From contig OZ024763.1 in assembly GCA_964016885.1 (NCBI GenBank), positions 1,860,001 to 1,924,000 on the forward strand: DNA of 64,000 nucleotides, in the 5' to 3' direction. Below, one piece after another: positions 13,434 through 26,647 of this stretch. Each line of letters starts with the position of its first letter. The first letter of the stretch is position 1. A program made the translations under genes and the position numbers. The notes beneath the pieces were generated by a model, which was not told where the DNA came from, did no database searches, and was given only the letters and a program-made list of their open reading frames with translations. This DNA is from Eledone cirrhosa. Taxonomy: Eukaryota.

Positions 13434-14324
13434 ATTATTTAACTTATATATATATACAATATATATATAAGTTAAATAATGTTTTAACTTATATCATGCC
13501 CCCCTTCTTTCTTTCCAATCTGTGTTATCTGTGTCTTATTTGTTTACACAAGAAATATAAATATTTCATAATACAATTATAATATAATATAATGTATATA
13601 ATATAATATATATAATATAATACAATTATAATATAATGTATATAATATAATATAATATAATATATATATTATATAATATAATATAATATATATATTATTC
13701 CTTGTTTATATTGGCAATACGGAAAGAACAAAAGACTGGAACAGACTTCTATCACAACAACAACAATTATTTGAGATAATAGTTTTAATTAAAAGTAATC
13801 AGAAAAAGATTAGCTGATAATAATAATAATAATAATAATAATATAATAATAATAATGATCCTATCTTAGTCTCAGAACTTCTAGTTAATAATTGGTGTTA
13901 TTAGCTATAATAAATATTTGTAGAGTCTCATTAGTTTATCTTAATGCCATATTATGTAATCTATTTCTCTTTTGTAATTGGTTTAATTAAAATATATAAG
14001 ATATATTTTAATTAAAACTAATTAGGCACCAACATGGCTGAGTGGTTAGGAATTTTGATTTGTAATCGTGAGGTTCCGGGGAAGTGATTTTGTTTGAATC
14101 TTATCTTGCAGTCTTAAAACAGGATTCTAGGGCACACAAACATGCATGGTCCCGTAACTTGTGGTGGAATCGTAGAGGCACCTTATTGACATAAGGGTGT
14201 TTCTAGGGCATTTTAAAACTTGGCAGAGCCCATCTCCTTTCCAGGTCTGAATACAGCAGATTTTTTTCAATGACGGATAGAGAGAGTGAAAGAATGGAAG
14301 TGAGGAAGAGATATAGAGGAAGAA

Positions 14325-14455
14325 TGGTGAAGAGCATTGGGCTTGCAATCAAAAGGTTGTGAGTTCAATTCTCAGACCGGGTGATGTGTTGTTTCCTTGA
14401 GCAAGACACTTTATTTCACATTGCTCCAGTTTACTCAGCTGTAGCAATGAGATGA
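14325..14455 (+). mobile_element. CORE-like tRNA-derived SINE fragment
   Basis: agagcattgggcttgcaatcaaaaggttgtgagttcaattctc...ttgagcaagacactttatttcacattgctccag, as at 25648. Confidence 0.8.
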
Positions 14456-14769
14456 TAGTCTATTCCTCTGTTGTAATTAGTTTAATTAAAATATATAAGA
14501 TATATTTTAATTAAAACTAATTAGGCACCAGCATGGCTGAGTGGTTAGGAATTTTGATTTGCAATTATTTTCTTTGAATCTTATCTTGTCCTCTCCTTCT
14601 TTTTCTTCTTTGCCTCCTCCTCCTTCTTCTTTGCCTCCTCCTCCTCCTTCTTCTTCTTCTTCTTTGCCTCCTCCTCCTCCTCCTTCTTCTTCTTCTTCTT
14701 CTTCTTTTTTTCTTTTTCTTCTTCTTTTTCTTCTTTTTCTTCTTCTTCTTCTTTGCCTTCTTCTTCTGT

Positions 14770-15180
14770 GAGGGTTGTTGGGACAGCAGAGTCCTCAAAC
14801 ACTCTTTCCAACAGGTCCTGTCAGAAGCAACCCCCTTTCCAAGAGATCCGGCTGGATCCCAAAGCAAGAAACCAGCCAAGCTCATGGATGTTATCCAACT
14901 ATCTTGCTCGGAGTTTACCCCAGGGTCTCATGTTAGAAGCAACCATCTCTAACTGATCCAGCTGGAACCCGAAGCGAGAGACCAGCCAAACTCATGGATG
15001 TTATCCAACCACCTTGCTTGGGGTGGGTCTACCCCTGGGTCTCCTGCCAGTTGGTTTTGCCCATAAAATCTGTCCAGTGATTTTTTTCCTGAGACATTCT
15101 AACCACATCTCTGTAATATCAGAGCTGTGATCTCTCAATTTGGAGAAGTAGTGGCTCTACCCTTCAACTCCCTCAATAGT
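14770..15180 (-). mobile_element. Degenerate RTE-type LINE 3' fragment, internally duplicated
   Basis: Minus-strand peptides EPLLLQIERSQL..VVRMSQE, QILWAKPTGRRPRGRP and LDNIHELGW, with stops and frameshifts. Confidence 0.65.
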
Positions 15181-15231
15181 TAGGGCTCCTATACCTTAAA
15201 TATTTTATTATTATTATTATTTAACCCTTTG

Positions 15232-16490
15232 CCGTTTACATTACTCTATATATACTATTGTATTTTCACAGTAAAGGCTTTACCTCACATAATTGTTTCT
15301 ACTTTAGGCACAAGGCCAGCAATTACCCAGTACATTACTGGTACTTTATTTTATCGACCCCCGTAAGGATGAAAGGCAAAGTTAACCTCGGCGGGATTTG
15401 AACTCAGACTGTAAAGGGACGTAACTATGCTAGAAAGCATGGCGTCCAACCCTCTACCGATACTGCCACTCACATAATATCTCCCATAACATTTACATTA
15501 CTCTATATATACTATTGTATTTTCACAGTAAAGGCTTTACCTCACATATCTCGCATAACATTTACATTACTCTATATATACTATTGTATTTTCACAGTAA
15601 AGGCTTTACCTCACATATCTCACATAACATTTACATTACTCTATATATACTATTGTATTTTCACAGTAAAGGCTTTACCTCACATAATATCTCACAAAAC
15701 ATTTACATTACTCTATATATACTATTGTATTTTCACAGTAAAGGCTTTACCGCACATAATATCTCACATAACATTTACATTACTCTATATATACTATTGT
15801 ATTTTCACAGTAAAGGCTTTACCGCACATAATATCTCACATAACATTTACATTACTCTATATATACTATTGTATTTTCACAGTAAAGGCTTTACCTCACA
15901 TAATATCTCACAAAACATTTACATTACTCTATATATACTATTGTATTTTCACAGTAAAGGCTTTACCGCACATAATATCTCACATAACATTTACATTACT
16001 CTATATATACTATTGTATTTTCACAGTAAAGGCTTTACCGCACATAATATCTCACATAACATTTACATTACTCTATATATACTATTGTATTGTCACAGTA
16101 AAGGCTTTACCTCACATAATATCTCACAAAACATTTACATTACTCTATATATACTATTGTATTTTCACAGTAAAGGCTTTACCGCACATAATATCTCACA
16201 AAACATTTACATTACTCTATATATACTATTGTATTATCACAGTAAAGGCTTTACCGCACATAATATCTCACATAACATTTACATTACTCTATATATACTA
16301 TTGTATTTTCACAGTAAAGGCTTTACCGCACATAATATCTCACATAACATTTACATTACTCTATATATACTATTGTATTTTCACAGTAAAGGCTTTACCT
16401 CACATAATATCTCACAAAACATTTACATTACTCTATATATACTATTGCATTTTCATGGTAAAGGCTTTACCTCACATATCTCACATAATA
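15232..16490. repeat. 72-bp (and 69-bp) AT-rich minisatellite, ~15 units
   Basis: Unit atttacattactctatatatactattgtattttcacagtaaaggctttac(c/g)cacataatatctcaca(t/a)aac. Confidence 0.95.
15294..15468 (-). mobile_element. Meta-like SINE inserted in the first minisatellite unit, with 10-bp TSD
   Basis: Reverse-complement match to the 13249 SINE; TSD ctcacataat on both sides. Confidence 0.9.
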
Positions 16491-16919
16491 TCGAATCTAT
16501 GACATTTTGATATTATGTATTTTGAGAACAATACCTTAACATCAGTATGAGTGGCCAGTTTGAACAGAAAGAGGTGAGAGAATTCTGGCCAGATACGGCT
16601 GGTTTAGATGCTAAAGGGTTAAGGGCAGTTCCCTTGTAGAAGACACATACAAAGCCAGCAACCAGCCAGCGATAATGTTTAAAGAGAAATATTTATCTAA
16701 AACTCCCTCACACCCACTGATCTTGTGTAGGATGAGATGAGACAAGAAGCAGAGAAATAAGGGTAGATTGCTGTCAGCTAATAAGAATAGTAATAGGGGT
16801 AGTGGTAATAATAGTAATAGAAAGTAGGTTTTGTTAAAACAAACACATGTTAAAAGGTTTGGTAAGGGAAGCATTAGTTTTTACATGTTAGAAGTATTTT
16901 CATCCTACTTCCTGACAAC

Positions 16920-18990
16920 ATGTCTCTGTCTGTCTAATGGTCTGTCTGTTAGTTTGGCTATCTGTTGGTCTGTCTGTCTGTTAGTCTATCTATCTGTTGG
17001 TCTCTCTCTGCCAGTCTGTCTGTCTGTTAGTCTGTCTATCTATCTGTTGGTCTCTCTGCCAGTCTATCTGTCTGTTAGTCTGTCTATCTATCTGTTGGTC
17101 TCTCTGCCAGTCTATCTATCTGTTAGTCTGTCTATCTATCTGTTGGTCTCTCTGCCAGTCTGTCTGTCTGTTAGTCTGTCTATCTATCTGTTGGTCTCTC
17201 TGCCAGTCTATCTATCTGTTAAGTCTGTCTATCTATCTGTTGGTCTCTCTGCCAGTCTCTCTGTCTGTTAGTCTGTCTATCTACCCATGGATAACTTCCA
17301 GAGGTCCCTGACCTGGCAGTGCTACCGAGGGGCTCTACCCGTTCGAGAAAGGCTCTACAGACACGGGCGCCCGGGTAGGGACCCCACCAAAATGATCTGT
17401 CCCAGATGCGTGTGCGACGAGGAAACCGTTGCACACGCTTTGGTACACTGCTCGGGCGTAGCCGATCTGTGGGGCTATGTCGAACAACTGCTGTCAAGGG
17501 TGGAACCGATCCAGTTGACCACCGAGTCTATTGTAACGATCAAGCCGCCTCCCCTCTTCAAAAACGAAGTAGAGGCGGTGTTTCTGTGCGTAATAGCCAT
17601 GGCGAAAGAGGTTGTATGGTGGACGCGTCTGAAAGGACTGAGGTCAGACACCTTTCTCTCTGGCCAACAACTGGTCCGTTTCTTCCGATATCATTTCGGA
17701 TGGAGAGAGAGGTGCTGCACCCCAGCCGTTTTTATGAAAGATGGGTGAAAGTGGCGAGAATGGCCCGTGTGAATGGGCCTTCACTCTACATCAGACTATA
17801 GGTGAGGAAGATGAAAGACCAAGGGAGCACCCCCTCTCTGTGCTCCTGAGGAGAAGGGTTGCACACTTTTTTTCGGGGGGTGTTTGCGACCCCCCAAGGC
17901 GCCTCCTCCCTATTGAGGATTTTGTTATAAAATTTATTTTGTTATATTTTATTATATTTTTATACTTTTATATCTTGTTATTGCCTCCTCCTTATTGAGG
18001 ACGCCTTGTTATGTAAACTCCCCCCTTTGTACTTGTCCCACTTTTGATGCCCTGGTGGCAAATAAAAAGAAAATTATCTATCTGTCTATCTATCTAACTG
18101 TGTATCTCTTTGTCTGTCTTTCTATCTCTCTGTTTATCTTTCTATCTGTCTGTCTATCTCTCTCTCAGTCTCTCTCTCTCTCTCTCTCTCAGTCTCTCTC
18201 TCTCTCTCTCTCTCACTCTCTCTCTCTCTCTCTCTCTCTGCTGGTCTGTCTGTCTATCTATCTCTGCACCCTTGTGACAAATAAAGAAACATATCTGTCT
18301 GTCTGTCAGTCTGTCAGTCTGCCTCTCCCTCTCTCTGCCTATCTCTCTGTCTGTCTCTCTATCTGTTGGTCCCCCTATCTCTCTATCTGTCTCTCTGTCT
18401 GTCTGTCTCTCTATCTGTTGGTCCCTCTATCTCTCTATCTGTCTCTCTGTCTGTCTCTCTGTCTGTCTCTCTGTCTGTCTGTCTGTTGGTCCCCCTATCT
18501 CTCTATCTGTGTCTCTGTCTGTCTGTCTCTCTGTCTGTCTGTTGGTCCCTCCATCTCTCTATCTGTTGGTCCCTCCATCTCTCTATCTGTTGGTCCCTCC
18601 ATCTCTCTATCTGTTGGTCCCTCCATCTCTCTATCTGTGTCTCTCTCTGTCTCTCTGTCTGTCTGTTGGTCCCTCCATCTCTCTATCTGTTGGTCCCTCC
18701 ATCTCTCTATCTGTTGGTCCCTCTATCTCTCTATCTGTGTCTCTCTCTGTCTCTCTGTCTGTCTGTCTCTCTCTCTGTCTGTCTGTCGGTCCCTCCATCT
18801 CTCTATCTGTTGGTCCCTCTATCTCTCTAACTGTGTCTCTATCTGTCTCTCTGTCTGTCTGTCTGTCTCTCTGTCTGTCTGTCTGTCTGTCTGTCTGTTG
18901 GTCCCTCCATCTCTCTATCTGTTGGTCCCTCTATCTCTCTATCTGCTTCTCTGTCCCTTTGTCTGTCTGTTGGTCCCTCTGTCAGTCTGT
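16920..18990. repeat. (TCTG/TCTA)n-based tracts with tgttggtc(c/t) units flanking the Tx1 fragment
   Basis: Direct reading; 48-bp units at 16960-17280 and 24-bp units at 18350-18990. Confidence 0.85.
17285..18072 (+). mobile_element. Tx1/L1-clade LINE 3' fragment: zf-RVT-like C-terminal domain + 3' UTR
   Basis: WQCYRGALPVRERL...CPRC..DEETVAHALVHC zinc-knuckle typical of L1/Tx1 ORF2; frameshift near 17700; ends aataaaaagaaa. Confidence 0.85.
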
Positions 18991-19110
18991 TGTTACATAC
19001 TTAACTTCAGGGGGTACAACTGAAGACAAGCCTGCAACAAATGTATGTATGCCAGAGTTATTGAAGGGCTCTGCCTGTTGAGCAGCTAGTGTTTATATAT
19101 ACATTATGTG

Positions 19111-19201
<91 letters not shown>

Positions 19202-19357
19202 GTATATATATATATATGTATATACAGACATCATATATACACACATCATATATACATATATATATGTATATATATATGTATATACAGACATCATATATAC
19301 ACACATTATATATATATATGTATATATACACACACACATACATGCATATATATATAT

Positions 19358-19394
<37 letters not shown>

Positions 19395-20252
19395 TGTAAA
19401 TATCTAGCTTGTTTTTGGAATCCAACACACATGGTTTAGGGGCTGATAAAAAGTATGTGTGTGTGTTAATGTGCGTGGGAGTGCGCGCGTGTGTAAATGT
19501 ATGTATGTTCATGGGGGGGGGGGTGTAGATGTATAATTGTATGTGTGAGTATGTGTGTGTAAGTGTATAAATGTGTGTATATATATGTGTGTGTGTGTAG
19601 GAGTGTGTATGTGTGTGTAGATACATGTAAATGTGTATATACATATATATATTATATATATAAATCAAGAAAGAAGAGTGACACGGTTTGCTATACAATA
19701 AGGGCTTTAATCACATTGCTGACAATTGTTTCTCTGAACTGGTAGGTCTAGAGATTGCTACCTGCCTGTTTCTGTGTCAATAGATCACCAATATTATATA
19801 TATATATATATATATGAAAAAATGGGGAGAAGAATACTGCTGGTTGCACATGGATAACATGTAATAAAATAAGTCCCTCATCAGTGATTTGCCGACGATC
19901 ATAGATATTTCATTGCATTAAAAATCATATACCTCACGTTGGTGCAATAATAACTAAATTAAGTTATTAGGACAATTAAAACGCGTAAAGCGAGTGAGAC
20001 AAGATAACAACAAAGAGGATAGCTAACCGTAGAACGAAGGAGACAAGCTTCATAGTTATTCTGTTAGCATAAGCTGGGTGAATATATGAGCGCTTAGAAA
20101 AAAGACCTTTCAGGAGCGAATTCAAATGTGAGAAAGAGAGAAAATGATTTCGTCGCGAACGGGGTGAAGTGAGAAGAGGAGAAACAGTGAGTGAGTGAGT
20201 GGAAGTGTGAGGAAGAGTTAATATATATATGTATATATATATATATATATAT

Positions 20253-20487
20253 ATAGAATAGAAAACGAAAATTCAGTGATACATCTGAACTCAATTTATT
20301 GTGCGTTACAATTGTTTCCCTGGTGGACAGCTCGAGACGCGACCATTGTGTGGATCTGTCTGATTCTGGACCCGCAGGTTCGACAGACACAATAAATTGA
20401 GTTCAAATGCATCACTGATTTTTTCGTTTTCTATTCTATCATACTCTGCTCTGTAAGAGCATAGAGTGCTCAACCGGCATACCACAT
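20253..20487 (+). mobile_element. Family C fold-back element with 3' tail
   Basis: Imperfect IR 20253-20303 / 20388-20439; tail atactctgctctgtaagagcatagagtgctcaaccggcataccacata is homologous to 29009-29056 (-). Confidence 0.8.
20303..20340 (-). ncRNA. Hammerhead-like motif with shortened core (family C)
   Basis: gcgt CUCGAG cug-uccac-cag g GAAA c-aauu-g UA acgc: stems I-III and GAAA...GUA present, core deviates from CUGANGA. Confidence 0.45.
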
Positions 20488-20589
20488 ATATATATATGAA
20501 GCTACAATCCTAATTCTATCAGTCTCTACACTCACATCTCCTGCTAATTAGTTATACATTCATATTAATAGATGTAATTATATATATTA

Positions 20590-21060
20590 ATAGTAATAAC
20601 AGTAGTAGTAGTATTAGTAGTGGTAGCAGTAGTGGTGGTAGTAATAGTGGTGGTGGTAATGGTAATAGTAGAAGTAGATGGTTGTGGTGGTGGTAGTAGT
20701 GGTAGTGGTGGTAGTAATAGTAGTGGTGGTAGTAGTGGTAGTAATAGTAGTAGTGTTAGTGGTGGTAGTAATAGTGGTGTTGGTGGTGGTAGTAGTAATA
20801 GTGGTAGTGGTAGTAGTAATAGTAGTAGTAGTAATAGTGGTAGTAGTAGTAATAGTGGTAGTGGTAATAGTAGTAGTAGTAGTAATAGTAGTAGTGGTAG
20901 TAGTAATAGTAGTAGTGGTAGTAGTAATAGTAGTGGTAGTGGTAGTAGTAATAGTAGTAGTAATAGTAGTGGTAGTAGTAATAGTAGTAGTAGTGGTGGT
21001 AGTGGTAGTAGTAGTAGTAGTAATAGTGGTAGTGGTAGTAGTAGTAGTAGTAATAATAAT
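20590..21060. repeat. (TAG/TGG/TAA)n trinucleotide tract
   Basis: Direct reading. Confidence 0.95.
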
Positions 21061-21102
21061 AACGATTAATAATAATGTTCCAGTATTAATATTGATGTAA
21101 TT

Positions 21103-21141
<39 letters not shown>

Positions 21142-21160
21142 GTGTGTGTGCACATACGTA

Positions 21161-21236
21161 CAGGGTGTCCCAAAAAATGTATACACATTTCAACAGCATT
21201 ATACTCATGGTGTATATATTTTTGTGGGACACCCTG
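21161..21236. mobile_element. 76-bp Tc1/mariner-type MITE
   Basis: TIRs cagggtgtccca..aaaat / atttt..tgggacaccctg flanked by TA on both sides. Confidence 0.8.
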
Positions 21237-21319
21237 TATACATACATGCAGTTTCAGTTTGTTTCACACACATTCAAGCTATTCTCACACACACACACAC
21301 ACACACACATTCAAGCTAT

Positions 21320-21363
<44 letters not shown>

Positions 21364-21372
21364 TCAAGCTAT

Positions 21373-21403
<31 letters not shown>

Positions 21404-21497
21404 TTCAAGCTATTCTCTCTCACACAGACACACACACACACACACACACATTCAAGCTATTCTCTCACACACACACACACACACACATTCAAGCTAT

Positions 21498-21535
<38 letters not shown>

Positions 21536-21713
21536 TCAAGCTATTCTCTCTCTCCCTCTCACACACACACACACATACATACACACATACATACACACAC
21601 ACATACACATACACACATACATACATACACACACACACACACCAAGCTATTCTCTCTCCCTCTCACACACACACATACATACACACACACACACACACAC
21701 ATACATACACACA

Positions 21714-21760
<47 letters not shown>

Positions 21761-21905
21761 ACACACACACATACACATACACATACACACACATACACAC
21801 ATACACACATACACACACCCCCACACACACATACACACACATGCATACACATATACATATATCCAACAAGAGCTATATGCATTTTTACACACATACCCCC
21901 CCCGG

Positions 21906-21962
<57 letters not shown>

Positions 21963-22001
21963 TTTACCTGCCCCCCACTAATATACATATATATATACAC
22001 A

Positions 22002-22077
22002 TAGGGTGTCCCCCAAAAATGTATGCACACTTAAACAGCATTCTAATAAATGTGTATACATTTTGGGGGACACCCTG
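22002..22077. mobile_element. Tc1/mariner-type MITE, same family
   Basis: (t)agggtgtcccccaaaa...ttttgggggacaccctg with the same internal aacagcatt. Confidence 0.8.
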
Positions 22078-22115
22078 TGTGTGTATATATCTATATATAT
22101 ATGTACACCAACCCT

Positions 22116-22223
<108 letters not shown>

Positions 22224-22241
22224 TATACATATATATATATA

Positions 22242-22284
<43 letters not shown>

Positions 22285-22289
22285 TATAT

Positions 22290-22404
<115 letters not shown>

Positions 22405-22612
22405 TATATATATAATAAAAAATTGAACAGGGACAGAACAGAGAGGCAGTACGACAAATGTTTATTAGATTCACGCTCAGGAGAGTGAACACATATATAT
22501 ATATATGTACACCAGCCCTATATATATATATACACACATATATATATATAATATATATACACATATATATATATATATATATATAACACACATATATATA
22601 TATGTACACCAG

Positions 22613-22657
<45 letters not shown>

Positions 22658-22901
22658 TATGTATATATAGATAATATATATATATATATATATATATATG
22701 TATTATATACATATATATATATGTATGTAGTTATACCCATATACATTTCTACATACATACACCCCCCTCCCCACATATGTTCTTTATTAATAACTCATTA
22801 AGATTTCCTTCTCAACAGCCCTAATTAAATTAATTGAAATATTCAAAATATCTCAGGTCTGTTATTTTATTGGGTTTTTGTTGTTGATTGTCACTGTTTA
22901 A

Positions 22902-24252
22902 TGAGGGAGGAAGGGGGCAGCGCCCTTGAGCCATAGAGACCCTTTTTACTGATCCTCTCAGACTGGTGGGAGTTAGGGTGTGAGGGAGGAAGGGGGCAGC
23001 GCCCTTGAGCCAGAGACCCTTTTTATTGATCCTCTCAGACTGGTGGGAGTTAGGGTGTGAGGGAAAAAGGGGCAGCGCCCTTGAGCCATAGAGACCCTTT
23101 TTTATTGATCCTCTCAGACTGTGGGAGTTAGGGTGTGAGGGAAAAAGGGGCAGCGCCCTTGAGCCATAGAGACCCTTTTTTATTGATCCTCTCAGACTGG
23201 TGGGAGTTAGGGTGTGAGGGAGGAAGGGGGCAGAACCCTTGAGCCATAGAGACCCTTTTTTATTGATCCTCTCAGACTGGTGGGAGTTAGGGTGTGAGGG
23301 AGGAAGGGGGCAGAACCCTTGAGCCATAGAGACCCTTTTTTACTGATCCTCTCAAGCTGGTGGGAGTTAGGGTGTGAGGGAGGAAGGGGCAGAGCCCTTG
23401 AGCCATAGAGACCCTTTTTTATTGATCCTCTCAGACTGGTGGGAGTTAGGGTGTGAGGGAGGAAGGGGGCAGAGCCCTTGAGCCATAGAGACCCTTTTTT
23501 ATTGATCCTCTCAGACTGGTGGGAGTTAGGGTGTGAGGGAGGAAGGGGGCAGAGCCCTTGAGCCATAGAGACCCTTTTTTATTGATCCTCTCAGACTGGT
23601 GGGAGTTAGGGTGTGAGGGAGGAAGGGGCAGAGCCCTTGAGCCATAGAGACCCTTTTTTATTGATCCTCTCAGACTGGTGGGAGTTAGGGTGTGAGGGAG
23701 GAAGGGGGCAGAACCCTTGAGCCATAGAGACCCTTTTTACTGATCCTCTCAGACTGGTGGGAGTTAGGGTGTGAGGGAGGAAGGGGGCAGAGCCCTTGAG
23801 CCATAGAGACCCTTTTTTATTGATCCTCTCAGACTGGTGGGAGTTAGGGTGTGAGGGAGGAAGGGGGCAGAGCCCTTGAGCCATAGAGACCCTTTTTTAT
23901 TGATCCTCTCAGACTGGTGGGAGTTAGGGTGTGAGGGAGGAAGGGGGCAGAACCCTTGAGCCATAGAGACCCTTTTTACTGATCCTCTCAGACTGGTGGG
24001 AGTTAGGGTGTGAGGGAGGAAGGGGGCAGAGCCCTTGAGCCATAGAGACCCTTTTTTATTGATCCTCTCAGACTGGTGGGAGTTAGGGTGTGAGGGAGGA
24101 GGGGCAGAACCCTTGAGCCATAGAGACCCTTTTTATTGATCCTCTCAGACTGGTGGGAGTTAGGGTGTGAGGGAAAAAGGGGCAGCGCCCTTGAGCCATA
24201 GAGACCCTTTTTACTGATCCTCTCAGACTGGTGGGAGTTAGGGTGTGAGGGT
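22902..24252 (+). repeat. ~80-bp G-rich minisatellite (~17 units)
   Basis: Unit gagggaggaagggggcagagcccttgagccatagagacccttttttattgatcctctcagactggtgggagttagggtgt. Confidence 0.95.
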
Positions 24253-25211
24253 GGGCTTGAGAGTCTGAGGGAGGGTGGGCGTGAGGGGTGAGATGGAGGG
24301 TGGGAGTGGGAGTGGCCTTGACCTTCTTCAGGGTTTCAGAGATTCCTGGGAGAGACATTACAGTAGCACCACTAAGACCATCATCATGAACATCAACGAT
24401 AACATCATTACGGCCACCATCACCACCACCACCACCACCACCACTACTGCCATCACCACCATCATTAGCACCACCACCACCACCACCACCACTACCACCG
24501 CCACCACAATCAATATCACCACCAACAGAAGAGTAACTAAGATCTCATATAGAAAATCAATACCTGACACACACAGACACGCACACACACACACACACTG
24601 ACACACACACTGACACACACTGACACACACACACACTGACACACAGACACACACACACACACTGACACACACACACTGACACACACACACACTGACACAC
24701 AGACTCACACTGACACACACACACACTGACACACAGAGACACACACACACACACAGAGACACACATACACACACACAGACACACACACCCAGCTACACTT
24801 CTCTTTCTTCACCTCCTTACTTTCTTCTTATTGTCATCACATTGTTGTTATTGCTGCTGTTGTTGTTGTTATTGTTGCTGTCATTGCTGTTGGTATTATT
24901 ATTATTGTTGTTGTTGTCATTGTTGTCATTGTTATTGTTGTTGTAGTTGTTGTTGTTGTCCCATTGTTTATTGCCTGTCTTTATGGAAGTGTCTCCAATC
25001 TGCCATCATTAAGCTCGTTAGTACCAGACTCATTATTGATAATTAATGTTAACGTCATCATTTTCATCATTAGCATCCCACACTAATTGTCATTGCCAGC
25101 ATTATATAACTGTCATTATCGCTATAATCATCATCAACACCATCATTATCATCATCAACATATTTTATGATATATATACACACATATATATATATATGTA
25201 TATATATATAG

Positions 25212-25267
<56 letters not shown>

Positions 25268-25286
25268 GGAAGCATGATTTGTTAAG

Positions 25287-25384
25287 CCTTCATTACGTTT
25301 ATTGATTGGTGATGTGCATTTCACTATTGATCAGCTCAAAGTTCGATCTGGCCCGACTCTGGAATCAAAAGCTCATTGGACCTC
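25287..25384 (-). repeat. Dispersed repeat, unclassified (homolog at 34108-34215)
   Basis: Reverse complement matches gaggtcc.a.gagcttttgattccagagtc.gg...aataaacgtaatgaagg. Confidence 0.7.
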
Positions 25385-25530
25385 TTAAACTCCCTGGGTA
25401 TATATATACATGAAGGCATATATATATTTAATGGATACCACTACCACATTAAATATATATATTTAAGGGATACCACATTAAATATATATATATACATGAA
25501 GGTATATATATATATATATATACATGAAGG

Positions 25531-25625
25531 CGTATATCTACTCCAAAAATTTGTCGAGTGCTTTATATCAGTTATAAAAATATTTACTTGTTGTATCCCA
25601 ACAATTTTAAATAGAACTTTTGCAT
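25531..25625 (+). mobile_element. Family D 3' tail fragment
   Basis: tactccaaaaatttgtcgagtgctttatatcagttata...cccaacaattttaaata is homologous to 35095-35180. Confidence 0.75.
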
Positions 25626-25647
25626 ATATTCATATATATATATATAT

Positions 25648-25995
25648 GGAGGCACATGGCTTAGTGGTTAGAGCATTGGCCTTGCAATCGAAAGGTTGTG
25701 AGTTCAATTCTCAGACCGGGTGATGTGTTGTTTCCTTGAGCAAGACACTTTATTTCACATTGCTCCAGTTTACTCAGCTGTAGAAATGAGATGATAGGGA
25801 CTGGGGTCCCTATCATTCCACTGCAAAGTGGTCGTGGAGGTGCCATGGCAAAAAAGCACCCAGCACTCACTGTAAATGAGGTTGGTGTTAGGAAGGGCAT
25901 CCAGCTGTAGAAATCAAGCCAGAATCAGTTCCCGTCCCACCCTTGCAAGCAGGGAAAAAGCGGACGTAAAATTATGATGATGATGATGATGATGA
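25648..25995 (+). mobile_element. CORE-like tRNA-derived SINE with RTE LINE-derived 3' tail and (GAT)n end
   Basis: A box tggcttagtgg, B box gagttcaattc; tail gtggtcgtggaggtgcc...ggtgttaggaagggcatccagctgtagaaatcaagcc is shared with the RTE 3' UTR at 44060-44200. Confidence 0.88.
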
Positions 25996-26647
25996 TATAT
26001 ATGGAGGCACATGGCTTAGTGGTTAGAGCATTGGCCTTGTAATCGAAAGGTTGTGAGTTCATATACATATATATGTGTGTGTGTGTGTCTGTGTCAAATA
26101 GACAATACAGGTATTGGATGGCTGTTGACTCTCGAGTGTTCTTCCACCCTCTGACAGGTTTTGTTTTTCATCTTGCAGGCTCTCCATAAATGACCCTCCT
26201 CACTAAAGCAAACAAGCTTGGTGAGGTTGGCCTGATTAGTAGCCAACAACCTGACCATGTAACAGGTTGTACTGGGCTACATATTACCAGTAGCACTCAT
26301 GACCAACCTAACACACACACACATATATATATATACATATACATATCATCAAAGGCCTTGTTTCGGGGGGGGGGGGGGGGGGGGGGGTTACCAGGTGGAC
26401 CCCCCCCCCCCCTTTTTTTTTTAAGCGTCTATATTTTATTTTTTGTTTATTTGATATAATAAATTCTTTTAAAGCTTTTTTTTTTATATTTGAATTTCAT
26501 TAGAATATAAAAAATTTAATTAGCGTAAAATTTTCCTTATGTATTAGGGTCCGGGAAAGGCACTATAAGTAATTTATGTTCCTTTAAGAATCAACAAATG
26601 TTGGTTTGTCCCCCTCACATTTTTAAGGAAAACGAGGGTCCTGTATG

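Noticed and set aside
19850-19895. CTGATGA on the minus strand (~19878-19884) as a hammerhead
   Set aside because: No properly placed GAAA, stem III or stem I partner found
22970-24245. Interstitial telomere
   Set aside because: Only one TTAGGG per 80-bp unit, not tandem hexamers
25648-25725. tRNA gene
   Set aside because: A/B boxes are present but the sequence runs into a SINE core and tail in several copies; no full cloverleaf. The same applies to the other SINE heads
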